Shown: positions 61,795 to 64,000 of the stretch, in pieces
Numbering within the stretch: position 1 is the stretch's first letter
How the letters are laid out: every line of letters begins with the position of its first letter
DNA from: Takakia lepidozioides
Lineage: Eukaryota > Plantae > Bryophyta
Reading direction: 5' to 3'
Assembly (NCBI GenBank): GCA_030704615.1
Contig: CM060733.1
Location: forward strand, 64,728,001 to 64,792,000
DNA length: 64,000 nucleotides
Position numbers and translations under genes: made by a program
The notes under the pieces: generated by a model
Seen by the model: the letters and a program-made list of their open reading frames with translations, nothing else
What the model was told of the DNA's origin: nothing
Database searches by the model: none

Positions 61795-64000
61795 TTAGAG
61801 TTCAGTACGCGATCGTCCTTGGGATTGGCCTCATCATGGGGTCGGGCAAGCCGAAGCGAAAGCGGAACGGCCCAAAAGATGATGATCCCGGTGAGCCCGA
61901 TGGGGGCGGTGTGTCACCGAGGCGGCCGTTTGAGGAAGCGATGCATGTTTCCGAAAATGAGGCCGCCCAAGAGCGGGAGGAATCCGAGGAGTCGGAGCCC
62001 GAGGAATCCTTGAGAGCTCCGACAAACCAAGAGATGCCTCCCATGCCGGCAGCCTTTTGGAAGGGTGTTGGCGCAGTTTGGGCGGGACGTTGAAGACGTG
62101 TTAAGGCGGCTATGCCACTCCACTAAGGCAAAGTTTAAGGTGAAGCCTAAGGAACCCGACACCTTCGATGGCGTCCGAAATCGGAGGCACTCACACCCTG
62201 GTCTTGGAGCTAGAGCAGTACTTCCGGGCGGCCAAGTTGAGTGACGAGGTCTCGTGGAAGTGGCTCCCACCTATTTGAGGGGCTATTGCTCAACAATGGT
62301 GGCAGAAACGCCTTCACGCGCCGGTCCAAGTCCGGAACTTGAACGGAGTGGGTTCAAGGAATTGATGAAGAGACAGTTTGTGCCCCTCAACGCGTCCTGG
62401 CTTGCCCGGGACAAGATGAGGAATTTGAAGCAAACAGATGACATTCGGGGGTACGTCCAGGCTTTCAATGTGCTGTTGCTCGAAGTCGTCGGACATGGCA
62501 GAACCAGAAATGGTCTTCAACTTTGTGGCGGACTGGCCCCTGGGCCGGCGGAAGTTGGAGGAGAAGCCACCCAAGACTTTGAACGGGCAATTGAGAGGGC
62601 TGAATGTTTCTCGGATGTCCCTAAGGGTGAAGACAAGGCCGTACGGAGCTGAACCAACATAGACCCGCGGGAAGGTGACTCCTTCCGACCGGAAAAAGAA
62701 GTGGGATAGCCACGCGCGACAATGGCACGTGGATTGAAGGGAGGGCCTTCACAACGTCAAGGCGCACCCGTGCTCCGAAAGGAAACGGGTGGAGCGGCTT
62801 ATGCGACAGAAGGCGCCCTTTGTGGAGTGTGTTTCAATTGCGGGGATCCCGGGCACATGGCCAAGAAGTGCACGAGCCCGGCAATTGAACATGCTCGGCG
62901 AACCACGGAGCTGTCGGAAGATACCATCAGTCCGCTTGGTGAAGCGGGTGTCGCCAGGACTTGCAAGGTAGGCAAATTTTCTTGTGAGTTGTATCAGGAA
63001 ACTGCGCCTTACGAAAAGGAGTCAGTTATTGTTTCGTGGATGGGATAATATCCGAACTAACGTGTCGTTGTTCGGTGGACACAGGAGCGTCGCACTCCTT
63101 CATGACACCGGCCACGGCACAAAGCTGGACTCCCGACAAGTGACGTGGGCCTCTATTTGATGTGCGTTCTGCCAAAGGAGAACCCATTGGCGACAAGGTT
63201 GGCGTTTGATGTTCCTCTCAACTGGGGAGTTGGGAGGGACGTGAGAACTTCACCATCTGCGAGATCGATGGAGTAGATCTCATTTTAGGGATGACCTTTT
63301 TGAGCAAATCCGGAGCGGTCATAGATGGCCGCAAGAGAGTACACGCTGCCATGTGGGAATGGTGGCGAGGTCTTACGAGTGTCGGAACGCCCAAATCCGT
63401 GGGAGGGGAATAACCTTCTGGTCAGCAAGGGAGTGGGCCGTGGAGGAGCACACGAGCCCAGTTTTGCTTTACATTAGAGAAGTGAAGGGAGAAGGCGATG
63501 GGAGCCGAGCCCATATTGGATCAAGGGATTTTGGAGAAAATACCAGGATGTGATGCCGTAGGATTTACCAAGCGGCTTGCCACCAGCGAAGAGATTGACC
63601 ACAAGATGATGTGATACCGGGATCGGAACCGCCTGCCAAGGCGCCCTACCCGTTGAGCCACAGGAGTTGGTCGAGCTAAGACGCCGCTCGGATCTATGTC
63701 AGAAGGGGTACCTCCGGCCGAGTAAGTCACCTTACGGAGCCCCGTGCTATTTGCAGACAAGAGGATGGGACGCTGCGGATGTGTGGTCGATTACGGGCTC
63801 TGAATAAGGTGACTATCAAAACCGGTACCCTTTGCCAGGATCGACGACCTCTTCGATCGGTTGGCGGAGCGAAGTATTTCAGCCGGATCGACTTGCGCTC
63901 CCGGCTATCATCAAATTCCGGGTGGCGGAAGGAGATAGGAGAAACCGCGTGCAGGACAAGGTATGGTTCATATGAGTTCTTGGTGATTCCTTTTGGGCTC
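61795..64000 (+). mobile_element. Frameshifted gag-pol of a chromovirus (Galadriel-like) Gypsy element, running off the window
   Basis: KPKEPDTFDG, LARDKMRNLKQT, CFNCGDPGHMAKKC, VDTGASHSFM, SPYGAP, FSRIDLRSGYHQI, TRYGSYEFLVIPFGL in shifting frames. Confidence 0.88.

Overview
Transposon-dense eukaryotic genomic DNA, most likely from a non-seed land plant (inferred from PLS-class PPR fragments, plant-type FAS2 and plant TE lineages). The only clearly intact host gene is a 12-exon FAS2/CAF-1 p60 gene (21598-29400), which carries four LINE insertions in its introns. The rest is nested Ty3/Gypsy elements, CACTA remnants, LINE remnants, and PPR and RPL23A pseudogenes. The main result is a hidden ~13.7-kb Mutator-like (MULE) DNA transposon split by a ~19.5-kb inversion (about 34173-53667). 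Re-inverting that segment restores a split solo LTR, a split Gypsy element, and a MULE with matching terminal repeats and a perfect 9-bp TSD (CACAAATAG). The restored element carries a GCM/WRKY-MULE-SWIM transposase and, divergently, an intron-containing gene with a ParB/Srx-like domain plus a bacterial/phage-type beta-class N4C/N6A DNA methyltransferase domain. It also carries dense arrays of a 22-30-bp palindrome (GGAAATNCGGCGCCGNATTTCC). Ends of three more family members lie in the window. All calls are by eye; no database search was run.
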